Source: Patescibacteria group bacterium (lineage in GTDB: Bacteria > Patescibacteriota > Microgenomatia > UBA8517). Taken from it: 64,000 nucleotides of DNA. The stretch covers positions 11,634-75,633 of the forward strand of contig JALHYA010000017.1 of assembly GCA_022868165.1 (NCBI GenBank), written 5' to 3'. Both the position numbers and the translations under genes were made by a program. The notes under the pieces are model-generated. The model did no database searches. It was given only the letters and a program-made list of their open reading frames with translations, and was not told the origin of the DNA. Of the stretch, positions 1 to 9,451 are shown piece by piece; the first letter of the stretch is position 1, and each line of letters opens with the position of its first letter.

Positions 1-34
1 ATGAGAACTATTCTTCTCCAAAAGTCTGGGCTTG

Positions 35-1012
35 TCAATCCTTAAGCTCCCCTAGGTATTTGATGGCATCCATGGCCGCCATGCAGCCGAAGCCGGCTGC
101 CGTTACTGCTTGTTTATATTGATAGTCGTGCACATCTCCCGAAACAAATACGCCCTGCACGTTGGTTGCGGTTTTGTATCCGCCAATTTTCTCGTCCCAA
201 AATCTTTTGACATAACCTTTCTCGTCAAGCTCGATCTTTCCTCCAAAGATTTGTGTTGAAGGAACGTGTCCTATTGCTACAAAAAGTCCGTCGACAGGAA
301 ATTCGCTAGTTGAATTGTCATAATTGCTCTTGAGCTTCAATTTTTCCAATTTCTGCTCACCAATCACTTCTGTCACTTCCGTGTTCCATAAAATTTTAAT
401 CTTGGGATTTTCCTTCACTTTCTGCTGCATTGCGGCGCTAGCCCTAAATTCATCGCGCCTGTGGATAATCGTTACTTCAGTCGCGTATTTTGTAAGTGTC
501 ACTGCCTCTTCCATTGCCGAATCCCCTCCTCCAACAACAACCACTTTTTTATCTTTGAAGAAGGCCGCGTCGCAAGGGGCGCAAGAAGAAACCCCGCGAC
601 CGATAAGCTTTTTGAGTCCCGGAACATCCAACCATTTTGTCTCCGCACCTGTAGCAATAATTATTGATTTTCCCAGATAAACCTTTCCCGCTGCTATAAC
701 TTCAAAAGGTTTTTTGGAAAAATCAACGTCGGTTGCATTTTCCCCAAGAAATTCCGCCCCAAAACGCTCGGCCTGAGCCCGCATCTCCCCCATTAACTTG
801 GGTCCCAAAATTCCCTGAGGAAAACCGGGAAAGTTATCAACTGTTGTGGTCAGCATAAGCTGGCCTCCCCAGACTTCTCCGCCGATAATTAGCGTTGAAG
901 CGGCTCCTCTGGTTGTATAAATTGCGGAAGTAAGCGCTGCAGGACCCGAGCCTATGATTATTACATCCCAAGACTCGCCTTGTTGCGGCTTTTTTGCGAA
1001 GGTTTCTTTCAT
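35..1012 (-). CDS. trxB: thioredoxin-disulfide reductase
   Basis: GSGPAALTSAIY FAD-binding motif and a second GGGDSAMEEA NAD(P)-binding motif. The redox-active disulfide is CAPCDA; the canonical TrxB motif is CATC. Confidence 0.9.
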   Translation of the reverse strand: MKETFAKKPQQGESWDVIIIGSGPAALTSAIYTTRGAASTLIIGGEVWGGQLMLTTTVDNFPGFPQGILGPKLMGEMRAQAERFGAEFLGENATDVDFSKKPFEVIAAGKVYLGKSIIIATGAETKWLDVPGLKKLIGRGVSSCAPCDAAFFKDKKVVVVGGGDSAMEEAVTLTKYATEVTIIHRRDEFRASAAMQQKVKENPKIKILWNTEVTEVIGEQKLEKLKLKSNYDNSTSEFPVDGLFVAIGHVPSTQIFGGKIELDEKGYVKRFWDEKIGGYKTATNVQGVFVSGDVHDYQYKQAVTAAGFGCMAAMDAIKYLGELKD

Positions 1013-1020
1013 GAACCTAT

Positions 1021-1263
1021 TTAAACTGTTCCCCCTGTACCACCAGTAGCTGGCGGTTCATTCACGGGTACTTGAGGCTCAGGAGCTCCTGCGGGAGGCG
1101 GTGTTGGTTCGCCAGGCGCCGGCGTAGGTTCCGGTGTTGTCGGTACTATTGGTTCCGGTGCCGGAGGCGGCGTTACTGGCGGCTCTGCCGGAGTAGGCAT
1201 GGGAGCCGGTGTGCCCATAGGCTGCGGCTGATCTGTTGGATTAGTCGGTTGTGTTGGTTCCAT
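1021..1263 (-). CDS. Pro/Thr-rich low-complexity hypothetical protein (80 aa)
   Basis: Stop-to-stop ORF packed exactly between trxA stop (1264) and trxB start (1012) on the same strand. Composition is extreme (P,T,E,A). No homology recognisable. Confidence 0.3.
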   Translation of the reverse strand: MEPTQPTNPTDQPQPMGTPAPMPTPAEPPVTPPPAPEPIVPTTPEPTPAPGEPTPPPAGAPEPQVPVNEPPATGGTGGTV

Positions 1264-1602
1264 TCAAATCACCCCCTTTTTAATCAAATCTTCGAATGCT
1301 TGTTTTCCTGCAAATCCTACCTGCCTTCCCAACTCTTTTCCCTCTTTAAAAAGAATTGTTGTGGGAATGGACATAACGCCGAATTTTGTTGCCGTATTGG
1401 GATTCGCATCAACATCTAATTTTGCGATTCCCACTTTGTCATTATACTCACCGGATAGTTCTTCCAAAACCGGCTCGGCCATTTTGCACGGACCGCACCA
1501 TGAAGCCCAAAAATCAACCAAAACTGGAGTCTTTTTCTGAATAACCTTTGTCTCGAAATCCGAATCCGTTATATTAAATGTCGTCATGATTTGTCGTTTC
1601 AA
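1264..1602 (-). CDS. trxA: thioredoxin
   Basis: WCGPC active site, about 110 aa, thioredoxin fold sequence pattern. Confidence 0.9.
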   Translation of the reverse strand: MKRQIMTTFNITDSDFETKVIQKKTPVLVDFWASWCGPCKMAEPVLEELSGEYNDKVGIAKLDVDANPNTATKFGVMSIPTTILFKEGKELGRQVGFAGKQAFEDLIKKGVI

Positions 1603-1638
1603 TATACAGACTTAATATAGTTTAAGTCAACACTCTTT

Positions 1639-3723
1639 TCACAAACGCGTTCGCCTAAGGGTCAGTGCGTTGGCTACGACGATAAGCGATGAGGCACTCA
1701 TTAGGATGGCGCCGTATTCGGGGCGAAGCATTATACCCCAGGGGATAAATACTCCAGCTGCAGCCGGAATCGCCAATACGTTATATCCTGTTGCCCAAGC
1801 AAGATTTTGCTTCATCTTAGCATCTGTTTTTCGACTTAGAGCGATTACTTTGACAACATCCAGAGGGTTATTTTTTACTAATACTACTTCTGCGGACTCA
1901 ATGGCGACATCCGTTCCCGCTCCTATTGCGATACCAACATGGGCCTGCGTTAGACTTGGGGCATCGTTTACTCCATCCCCCACCATGCCGACGGTGTGGC
2001 CCATTGATTGAAGTTCTTTTACTTTATTTACCTTATCTTCTGGCAAAACCTCCGCAAAAACGGTATCTATTCCCAATCGTTCCCCCATCTCTTCTGCAAT
2101 CTCCTTTTTATCCCCCGTAAGCATCGCAATCTTTAATCCCATCCCATGAAGTCTATCAATTGCCTTTTTAGACTCCGGACGAACCTCATCTTCCAAAGTG
2201 ATATTGCCGATAAATTTTCCATCCTTCGTTACGGAAATATCTCTTCCTCCAACTTCTATCTTTGATTTTCCGACCATGCCTTCTATTCCCTTGCCTGGAT
2301 ACGATTTAAAATTTCTGACTTTTGGTATATCAATTCCTTTTTCCTTGGCTGCCATGACGATTGCCTTCGCAATCGGGTGCTGAGAATATATCTCAACCGC
2401 CGCGGCCAATCGCAAACACCCTTTGTTTGAAAACTTTGTTACTGCAAAATTTCCCGTTGTTAGCGTTCCGGTTTTGTCAAAAATTATGTAGTCCAGCTTT
2501 CTTGCAATTTCCAATCCCGCCATGTCGCGAATCAAAATCCCATTTCTGGCCGCCACAGCCGAAGTAATCGTTGTAACCGTCGGAATTGCCAATCCCAATG
2601 CGTGGGGACAGGTTATAACAATGACGGTGATGGCCAACGTTACTGCAAAAATCGCTCCGTGGGGATTGATAAAGAACCAATAAATAAAAGTTCCCGAGCC
2701 GACAACTATTGCGACAATTGTGAGTGCGTTTGCGGCTTTATCCGCAAGCTTTTGCACCGACGGCCTTGTTTCTTGAGCTTGACGAATAAGCTCCATTATT
2801 TGGGAGATAGCTGTTTCGCTTCCTGTTTTGGTTACTTTGACAGTCAAGGAGCCGTCATTATTAATAGTTCCGCCGATAACTTTATCGCCATTTTTCTTCC
2901 CTACGGGGCGGGATTCGCCGGTTATCATCCCCTCGTTTACCGAAGACTCTCCGTCTGTTACTACCCCATCGATAGGTATTTTCTCTCCGGGCCTTACCAG
3001 AACAGAATCCCCTACTTTGATTTCCCCGGTCGGGATGTCAACAACATCGCGACCGGACAATTTATGTGCCGCCGGAGGGATTAATTTAGCAAGTTCTCCG
3101 AGAGCATTGCCGGTCCCCAAAACAGCGCGCATCTCCATCCAATGCCCGAAAAGAAATGCCAAAACCAAAGTTGAAATTTCCCACCACAGCGATTCTCCCG
3201 TAAATAAAAATGTTGCGGCAACGGAAAAGAAATATCCCGAAATTACAGCGAGAGAAACCAGCGTCATCATGCCATAATTCTTGTTTCTTAATTCAACCAG
3301 CGCTTCTTTAAAGAATGGCCATCCGCCATAGAGGAAAATTATTGTTACAAGAAAAAATAATGATACATTATGATATGGAAGCGTCTTTTGAAATCCCAAC
3401 CATTGTTGGATTTTTGGAGAAAGAGCTAAAACGAGAATCGTTAGGGGCAGGGCAACAAAAAATCTTCTCTTAAAATCTTCCGCCATCATTGCGTGATGGT
3501 TCTCGTGACCCTTATGCTCCCCCACTTCTACAAGTGACATCCCGCATTTGGGACAAAAACCAGAAGCATCCTGTTTTACTTCAGGATGCATTGGACAAAG
3601 ATATTTATGTTCCACAGCTTCCTCCGCCCACAGCGTTTTGAGGAAGCGGACCAACTTTCTTTGCAATACCAGAGGCTCCAGTGCCTGAAGAAAAATCTTT
3701 TCCCAGCATCTCTTTTGCGTCAA
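1639..3723 (-). CDS. copB: heavy-metal (copper) translocating P1B-type ATPase, CPH-motif (CopB-like)
   Basis: DKTGTLT phosphorylation site, GDGVNDAP hinge, TM6 motif CPH ([12 protein letters not shown]), N-terminal CPMHPE...CPKCGM metal-binding module. Likely true start is an internal GTG near 3615, because the ORF overlaps the upstream gene by 119 bp. Confidence 0.9.
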   Translation of the reverse strand: MTQKRCWEKIFLQALEPLVLQRKLVRFLKTLWAEEAVEHKYLCPMHPEVKQDASGFCPKCGMSLVEVGEHKGHENHHAMMAEDFKRRFFVALPLTILVLALSPKIQQWLGFQKTLPYHNVSLFFLVTIIFLYGGWPFFKEALVELRNKNYGMMTLVSLAVISGYFFSVAATFLFTGESLWWEISTLVLAFLFGHWMEMRAVLGTGNALGELAKLIPPAAHKLSGRDVVDIPTGEIKVGDSVLVRPGEKIPIDGVVTDGESSVNEGMITGESRPVGKKNGDKVIGGTINNDGSLTVKVTKTGSETAISQIMELIRQAQETRPSVQKLADKAANALTIVAIVVGSGTFIYWFFINPHGAIFAVTLAITVIVITCPHALGLAIPTVTTITSAVAARNGILIRDMAGLEIARKLDYIIFDKTGTLTTGNFAVTKFSNKGCLRLAAAVEIYSQHPIAKAIVMAAKEKGIDIPKVRNFKSYPGKGIEGMVGKSKIEVGGRDISVTKDGKFIGNITLEDEVRPESKKAIDRLHGMGLKIAMLTGDKKEIAEEMGERLGIDTVFAEVLPEDKVNKVKELQSMGHTVGMVGDGVNDAPSLTQAHVGIAIGAGTDVAIESAEVVLVKNNPLDVVKVIALSRKTDAKMKQNLAWATGYNVLAIPAAAGVFIPWGIMLRPEYGAILMSASSLIVVANALTLRRTRL

Positions 3724-4504
3724 CCTTATCCCAATCCAGATTCCTTGCGGTCTTCATGTAATAAGCATTTGTGATGTAAGTCTGGGAGAACCAAAAGGAA
3801 TTAAGCTCCAAAATATACTTGTAGATATCGTTTTCCGGAACGCCTTTTGAGACCAAAAGTTCAATCGCCGCCAAGGCTGCCATTCCGTGATTGCAGTCCG
3901 GAAACCAAGTGGGATTATCACAACAGGGTCTGTAAACCCCCTTGGCAATTCTGGCTACTTCATCCTGTTGCTCGACCGTGAGAGAAATCAAATCAAATTT
4001 ATTAAGATAATTTACTGCGTCCGACTTTGCCAAAGTCCAGCCTCCGGTTGAAGCAAAATTTCCTACCTCGGCCTTATAATCTGTGCCCAATGGTCCTTGG
4101 TCATAAACAATTGATTTTTGGGCAAGGCCCAAAGCCCAAAGAAAATCAACCACAAACTGGGAATTGGCAGCATCGATTTTTAGATTGTCGGATGAGCCTT
4201 CGGTTAATATCTTTCTTTGCTCCTCGGTCAGTTTAACGGCCTTTTCAAATTGGGCCATATCAATCACCCCGGCAGCAACGAGTTTGGGGCCGTAGTCGCC
4301 CCAGGAAACCGGCAAGGTAAAACCCTCTTTAGGAACAACTTTAGAGGAAATTTCGGCAATTGTTGCCAGTGCTTTAGCATCGCTCTTTGCTTTAACAATT
4401 ACTTGATACTTTTCTCTAAAAGTATTCATGTTCATTCCCAGGAGCAATCCCCCTACTCCCAAAACCAGGAAAGCGATTAGTATCAAAATATTTTTTCTAT
4501 TCAT
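3605..4504 (-). CDS. hypothetical exported protein with Cys/His cluster ([14 protein letters not shown])
   Basis: N-terminal signal/TM segment. 4-bp overlap with the upstream gene and overlap with the copB start. No recognisable family. Confidence 0.5.
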   Translation of the reverse strand: MNRKNILILIAFLVLGVGGLLLGMNMNTFREKYQVIVKAKSDAKALATIAEISSKVVPKEGFTLPVSWGDYGPKLVAAGVIDMAQFEKAVKLTEEQRKILTEGSSDNLKIDAANSQFVVDFLWALGLAQKSIVYDQGPLGTDYKAEVGNFASTGGWTLAKSDAVNYLNKFDLISLTVEQQDEVARIAKGVYRPCCDNPTWFPDCNHGMAALAAIELLVSKGVPENDIYKYILELNSFWFSQTYITNAYYMKTARNLDWDKVDAKEMLGKDFSSGTGASGIAKKVGPLPQNAVGGGSCGT

Positions 4505-5067
4505 GCGAAGTTAAGCAATATAAACAAGATTATTGATGCTAGTAATATGCTTCCGAGGCTGAAAAATATCCTTTGATAAGGGAAGTAAACTTTTCCGTTT
4601 CTTTTAATAAGAAAGTTGTCCAAAATATCGACAAGATAAAAAATTGCTCCGCCCAAAACCAGTCCGAAGGTTAATCTATCCAACCCCATTATTTTGCTTA
4701 GATGGGTATTAATTAGGAAAAATTTCAGATTTAGAACCGCCCAGTTGTTAAAAGCATAAAAAGACCATATGGTTAACCCAAAAATCACAACGTAAATGGC
4801 AGGCTTTATAAACTTCCGGATTTGCCCGGAAATTTTGGCGTCGTATTTCCGAAGAATGAATGTGCCAAACCAAAAGGCTATCGCCCCCAAAAATGCCGCC
4901 ATCCAAAGACCTGTTATTGCATCATCAACTCCCAAAAATCTGGCAACGGAAAGCCCTACTACCGCTCCCCCGACACACAACGGACAATGGGCGGAAACCA
5001 CCGGGGGCAATATCAAATAGACACCTGGCAATAGAAGCAAAATTGTGATCTTTAAGGAATTTTTCAT
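4501..5067 (-). CDS. membrane protein with N-terminal CPxC motif (paralog of 5924-6442)
   Basis: Signal-like N-terminus then AHCPLCVGGAVVGLSVARFLGVDD. Multi-TM. Shares CPxC, GLxxxRxLGVDD and FxQRxxF motifs with the ORF at 5924-6442. Confidence 0.6.
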   Translation of the reverse strand: MKNSLKITILLLLPGVYLILPPVVSAHCPLCVGGAVVGLSVARFLGVDDAITGLWMAAFLGAIAFWFGTFILRKYDAKISGQIRKFIKPAIYVVIFGLTIWSFYAFNNWAVLNLKFFLINTHLSKIMGLDRLTFGLVLGGAIFYLVDILDNFLIKRNGKVYFPYQRIFFSLGSILLASIILFILLNFA

Positions 5068-5567
5068 TGGACCACATCCCCATTGAAGGTCAGTTCTTTC
5101 ATCCCACCGTCAAAATAAAGCCAAACGCTTCTCTGAACCTGTCCCAAACCTGCCAAACCATGGGCAGCCGGATCGAACCTTACGGTAACTTTGACAGTTT
5201 CGCCGTTTTTAACTGCCAAACTAAGGGTTGGGTTCGCCACACCGCTCATTTCCATTCCATAAAACGAAGATCCTTTCCCGCCGATGGTAACCGATGCTGT
5301 GGTACACATGCAGGATGTGGTGATTTTAAAAAGCTTAATATCCTTACCGGAAGCATTTTTTATCTCATACTCTTTGGTAACCAATCCCCCAGAATAAGGT
5401 ACGTTGCCCAAATCGTAATTTTGAGGATTTGACTCAATACCCTCGACCGGATTTGTAGAAATTGCAGCCTCGGTTTTTTGTTTTGTCGTAACTAAAAAGG
5501 TTAATCCGACAACCAACAAAATTGTTACAATAAAGGCTCCAATAATAAATTTACTTTCTCTGCTCAT
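5064..5567 (-). CDS. DUF1573-like domain protein (N-terminal TM anchor)
   Basis: TTSCMCTTASVTIGG resembles the DUF1573 SCGCT core. C-terminal pattern VKVTVRFDP...SVWLYFDGG. Member of the copper operon. Confidence 0.55.
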   Translation of the reverse strand: MSRESKFIIGAFIVTILLVVGLTFLVTTKQKTEAAISTNPVEGIESNPQNYDLGNVPYSGGLVTKEYEIKNASGKDIKLFKITTSCMCTTASVTIGGKGSSFYGMEMSGVANPTLSLAVKNGETVKVTVRFDPAAHGLAGLGQVQRSVWLYFDGGMKELTFNGDVVQ

Positions 5568-5833
5568 TTGCTTTTGCTAAATACTTCCACTATTTCTTTG
5601 ACTATTTTCTCTTTTTCGCCGGCTGGTTCGTGGATATCGTGAAGGACACAGGAGTGAAGATGGCCATGAAGAATAATTTCATCAACCTTTTTAAGAGCAG
5701 CCTGAACTGCCTGCGATTGATGTATAACATCTAAACAGTACGCATCTTCATCAAACATCTTGCGTACCCTTTTCAGATGCCCCTCGGCAATTGCCAACCT
5801 TCTTAATGTTTGTCTCTTAACGGAAGCGTCCAT
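5564..5833 (-). CDS. csoR: CsoR/RcnR-family metal-sensing transcriptional repressor
   Basis: 89 aa. Conserved YCLDVIHQSQAVQAAL and HLHSC motifs give the C-H-C copper ligand set. First gene of the overlapping operon. Confidence 0.85.
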   Translation of the reverse strand: MDASVKRQTLRRLAIAEGHLKRVRKMFDEDAYCLDVIHQSQAVQAALKKVDEIILHGHLHSCVLHDIHEPAGEKEKIVKEIVEVFSKSK

Positions 5834-5842
5834 ATGAAGTAG

Positions 5843-5861
5843 TATCCCCCCGGGGGGGATA
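5843..5861. promoter_or_regulatory. candidate CsoR operator: perfect GC-tract palindrome TATCCCCCC/GGGGGGGATA
   Basis: Read directly: tat-C6-G7-ata, centred between the divergent csoR and CPxC-paralog starts. Resembles known CsoR operators (AT-flanked C/G-tract inverted repeats). Confidence 0.6.
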
Positions 5862-5923
5862 TGCTGTCAAGAAGGTATTTTGTCCGTTGCGCCGAGATAG
5901 ACTTTTCCCATAGAATTCAATGT

Positions 5924-6442
5924 ATGAAGAAATTTCTAAAAGTCCTTTCTGTTTTTTCCCTATACTCTGTCCTCTCTATACTCTTCCCTTCTGTTACCTA
6001 CGCCGTCTGCCCCGTTTGCACAGTCGCAGTCGTGGCCGGGTTAGGACTTTCTAGGTGGTTGGGTGTTGACGATACCGTTTCGGGAATATGGATAGGCGGC
6101 GTCATTCTTTCTACCTCTTTCTTGTTTGCGAGCTGGCTAAAAAAGAAAAACATAACATTTCCGTACTTAACCGTTATTTCGGCCGCGATTATGTATGCTA
6201 TTGTTCTTCTTCCCTTACAGTTTGCCAAAATAATCGGTCATCCGTTGAATACCCTCTGGGGCGTTGATAAGCTAATTTTAGGCACCTTAATTGGTTCGGT
6301 CGTCTTTCTGACGGCGGTTTTTGCCGATAGAAAGGTCAGGGAAATCAAAGGAAAACAGCTTTTTATCTTCCAGAGAGTCATTTTTCCTGTTGGCGCACTT
6401 GCAATTATGTCTTTGGTGTTTTACTTTGTAACCAGACACTAA
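5924..6442 (+). CDS. membrane protein with N-terminal CPxC motif (paralog of 4501-5067)
   Basis: Start placed at MKKFLKV (signal-like). The list ORF begins at 5861, inside the palindrome. VCPVCTVAVVAGLGLSRWLGVDD motif. Transcribed divergently from csoR. Confidence 0.6.
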   Translation: MKKFLKVLSVFSLYSVLSILFPSVTYAVCPVCTVAVVAGLGLSRWLGVDDTVSGIWIGGVILSTSFLFASWLKKKNITFPYLTVISAAIMYAIVLLPLQFAKIIGHPLNTLWGVDKLILGTLIGSVVFLTAVFADRKVREIKGKQLFIFQRVIFPVGALAIMSLVFYFVTRH

Positions 6443-6443
6443 T

Positions 6444-6983
6444 ATGGCAGATAAAGCTGACGTAAAAAAACTATTGGATAAGGTCGAATCCGTCACGAAG
6501 GAGAAAAAACTCGACCTCTCCTCCGACGAAGACCTCTCTATAGGAATAATGAACCTCATTTCAATTGAGGAGCACCTTTTCTTCACTTCTCAAAAAACCG
6601 GCAAACAAATGTATCTGGATCTACTTAATGAGGTTCGGCTGATGCGAACCGAACTCATGAGAAAAATCATCAAGGACTACGAAGGAGAGGTCTGGTGCAT
6701 AAGCAAGCATTTACTTGCGGCTTCGATGAGAATGATGGAAGTCGGCACCAAAGAACTTAAAAAGGGCAATAAAAACGAGGCTTGGGAATTATTCGATAAA
6801 GGATACAAGCTCTATTCGATGTTCTGGGGCATCAATCTTGGAGTAATCAAGATGGACAGCATCAAAAGAGGAGATACAGAGGTTAACTTGGTAGACGAAA
6901 AATTTAACCTCAAGGGCAAGGTTTCCCTTTGGGATAAGCTTGGAGTAATTGTCAAAAAAGCCATCGACTGCTGCAAAGAATAA
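6444..6983 (+). CDS. hypothetical protein (179 aa)
   Basis: Starts 1 nt after the CPxC paralog stop, so likely co-transcribed. No recognisable motif. Confidence 0.45.
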   Translation: MADKADVKKLLDKVESVTKEKKLDLSSDEDLSIGIMNLISIEEHLFFTSQKTGKQMYLDLLNEVRLMRTELMRKIIKDYEGEVWCISKHLLAASMRMMEVGTKELKKGNKNEAWELFDKGYKLYSMFWGINLGVIKMDSIKRGDTEVNLVDEKFNLKGKVSLWDKLGVIVKKAIDCCKE

Positions 6984-7005
6984 ATCTCCAAGGACAGGGA
7001 CTGCC

Positions 7006-7557
7006 CTATTCTACTGGGGTCAAAAGAAATAGATGAATAAATACTGTTTCTTCCTTATAAAAAATCGTTTCCTCCCCAAGGGTTAACGAAATATCTTCTC
7101 TACGGTCCAAAACTCTGTAGGCATATCTCCATTCTCCATTGTCCCCATCGGTCTCGGTGGGCATACAGGTTCTATCAAGTCTAGTCATGCCTCCCAGCCC
7201 TCTGATTTTCCATTTAAGGTAACCGGCTACATCTTTCTTTGTAATCCCCAGTTTTTCAAGTTGTTCCGCTGGGGCTACTCCTCCCGCATAAAGCCGAGTG
7301 AATTTTTTGCCATCTACCTCGACTACTTCCTGGCCACCACCGGTAATCTGAGCCAACCACTCATCATGATATACTCCCTCGGCCCCTTCATAATGGCTTG
7401 ATTCAAAGGAAAACCCTCCGCGGTCAACGGGTGTTCTAAGGTTGCGACCTGCATAACCAGAAGTTAGCCCTCTGGTCAAAATTTCTTTAATTTCTTTACT
7501 TATCACGACACCCGTAATATAGCACTCCGTTATGGTTAAAACAATTTTGTCCGCCAC
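7006..7557 (-). CDS. hypothetical protein (183 aa)
   Basis: Long ORF with protein-like composition. No family recognised. Confidence 0.45.
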   Translation of the reverse strand: MADKIVLTITECYITGVVISKEIKEILTRGLTSGYAGRNLRTPVDRGGFSFESSHYEGAEGVYHDEWLAQITGGGQEVVEVDGKKFTRLYAGGVAPAEQLEKLGITKKDVAGYLKWKIRGLGGMTRLDRTCMPTETDGDNGEWRYAYRVLDRREDISLTLGEETIFYKEETVFIHLFLLTPVE

Positions 7558-7609
7558 GAAGCTGGATCAGTATAAGGGGATGTGCGAGAAAAGCGTGCCC
7601 AGATATAAA

Positions 7610-8143
7610 TTACAGCAAAAATCCAAAAAGGAGAAGAATCCCCGCGTTTGCCGCCAGATATAAATTTGCTTGATTTTTATTTAGAACAATCGGAGTCTGT
7701 CTAAACCAATTTATCAGACCATTTGTCTCCATCAAATCCACAACCTCATCAACTATCAAATGCAGCATAAAAGCCAGCACTATTCCTCTGCCGAATACGC
7801 TTCCCGACGAGGTTACCACCAAAAAGGCAAAAACCAGGAAAATTATCTGGAAAAGGGCGGTGTGGAAAATAAGCTTTGTCCGCTCGTTTCTGGTCTCGGC
7901 AAGCAAACTTAGGCTCCCCCATAAATCGCGTTGCCCAATCATGTGATTAAATCTTTGGGAAACGTATTCCTGCGGCCTAAGAAAAAAGACATAAAGAAGA
8001 TGGTCCAAGTCCGGAAGCATGGTTCCAACCAATCCCCCAACCCAAAACGGCCAATATGAGAGAGTCGTCCAGCCGCGCATTAAAGAAACAAAAACAAAGA
8101 AGGAAACTAAAAAGGAAAAATGGATAAAAATCTCTTTCTTCAC
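7610..8143 (-). CDS. hypothetical membrane protein (possible membrane-bound metal-dependent hydrolase, LPDLDHLL motif)
   Basis: Multiple hydrophobic segments plus a D/H motif. Confidence 0.45.
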   Translation of the reverse strand: MKKEIFIHFSFLVSFFVFVSLMRGWTTLSYWPFWVGGLVGTMLPDLDHLLYVFFLRPQEYVSQRFNHMIGQRDLWGSLSLLAETRNERTKLIFHTALFQIIFLVFAFLVVTSSGSVFGRGIVLAFMLHLIVDEVVDLMETNGLINWFRQTPIVLNKNQANLYLAANAGILLLFGFLL

Positions 8144-8180
8144 AAACTAATTATGACATATTTGGATTTGAAGAAATCCA

Positions 8181-9158
8181 TTAGTCCGTAAATACTTGTA
8201 CAAACATTTTTCCGTAGAAGCCGTTGTCAATAAGGCCAATTCCGACTTTATGAAATCTCGGTTCCAAAATATTCGCCCTGTGGCCTTCGGAATTTATTAG
8301 TCCCGTCATTGCGGTTTCAACAGTGGGCGCCAGAGCTAAATTTTCTCCAGCAAAACTAAAGCTAATATGGGCCGCCGTGAGCCTATCCCCGACATCCTGT
8401 CCTTCCGGTGAATAATGTGAGAAATATTGCCTAACCCACATATCTTTTGCGTGTGCTCGGGCAACTTCGGTAATCGCAGGAGACCATGTCAGAGCAGCAA
8501 CTCCCCGACTTGTTCTCTCTTTATTTACCATAGCAAACATTTGCTCCTCACTTTGGCTATCGACCGAAAGATTCTGACTTCCAACAGTTAAAGGCACGGA
8601 TTCTTTGCTTCCGGGTTTAATCGTAAAGTAGGTTAAAGATTCATTGACCGCTCCTCCAAAAATCTCGTTTATTTTCTTTTCTACCCCCGAAGTTTCTTTA
8701 ATAATTAAGCCTCCGATTTTGGACTTGGACTCCGCTTCTTTAAGCTGGGGATTTACCGGAAGACCCAGAATAAAAGTCAGAATAAAGGCTATTAAGATTA
8801 GCCCCTCACCCAGCGCGGGCAAAATTGCCAGGTATTTTGAGTATTTGCTGTTCCAATACTTCTCCGGAAGCTTGGTTATAAGGTGCGCAAAAACATAACC
8901 CAAAAGGGCTTCGCTAAGTATCGCCGTAAGTAGAAAACCCAACGCGTTCGCTATTGAATGGGAAAGAGAAAAGTTGCTTTCCAGAATCCCCGCGGCAAAT
9001 TTATATCCCCGAAGGGAAATCAATAAGGAACCCAAAAAGGCTGCAAAGTCTGCCAAAAGCACCCAAATTCCGTGACGCCAAGCCTCGCTGATGAAGTAAA
9101 TAAGAACAAGGATAATAACCAGGTCAACCCAATTTCCGTGCAGAGCAGGAATCTTCAT
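8181..9158 (-). CDS. CvpA-like membrane domain fused to CAP/SCP (YkwD-like) domain
   Basis: N-terminal TM bundle typical of colicin V production protein. C-terminal motif set typical of CAP domains (HYSPEGQDVGDR, GENLA, HRANIL). Confidence 0.7.
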   Translation of the reverse strand: MKIPALHGNWVDLVIILVLIYFISEAWRHGIWVLLADFAAFLGSLLISLRGYKFAAGILESNFSLSHSIANALGFLLTAILSEALLGYVFAHLITKLPEKYWNSKYSKYLAILPALGEGLILIAFILTFILGLPVNPQLKEAESKSKIGGLIIKETSGVEKKINEIFGGAVNESLTYFTIKPGSKESVPLTVGSQNLSVDSQSEEQMFAMVNKERTSRGVAALTWSPAITEVARAHAKDMWVRQYFSHYSPEGQDVGDRLTAAHISFSFAGENLALAPTVETAMTGLINSEGHRANILEPRFHKVGIGLIDNGFYGKMFVQVFTD

Positions 9159-9451
9159 TTCCTTTTGCTTTTAGCCTCTTTCTTGAGTTGGGTCAATTTC
9201 CAGATGAATAAAGCGGCTCTGTTTTTAACATTATTGGCGTCTTTGACAAAATTTTTGGCCGTCTCCAAAAGCCCCCGCGGGGTTTCTTTGGCCAATTTAA
9301 TATATAACGATTTATTCTTTAAATCCCCCAACTCTTCGGCCAGCTCGTAACCGTATTTCTGGAATTCATAGGAAATAAATTTGTCCTCGTCGTTGTCAAA
9401 CTTTTTTAGAACGTCGGCAACCGTAGAAAATCCCTTAAGATTATTTGGCAT
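9155..9451 (-). CDS. hypothetical protein (98 aa)
   Basis: 4-bp overlap with the downstream CvpA/CAP gene. Lies between pth and that gene. Confidence 0.4.
   Translation of the reverse strand: MPNNLKGFSTVADVLKKFDNDEDKFISYEFQKYGYELAEELGDLKNKSLYIKLAKETPRGLLETAKNFVKDANNVKNRAALFIWKLTQLKKEAKSKRK

Noticed and set aside
1072-1419. 115-aa Arg/Cys-rich plus-strand ORF
   Set aside because: Antisense to the Pro-rich ORF and trxA. The composition is an artefact of reading the GC/CCG-rich region in the opposite frame.
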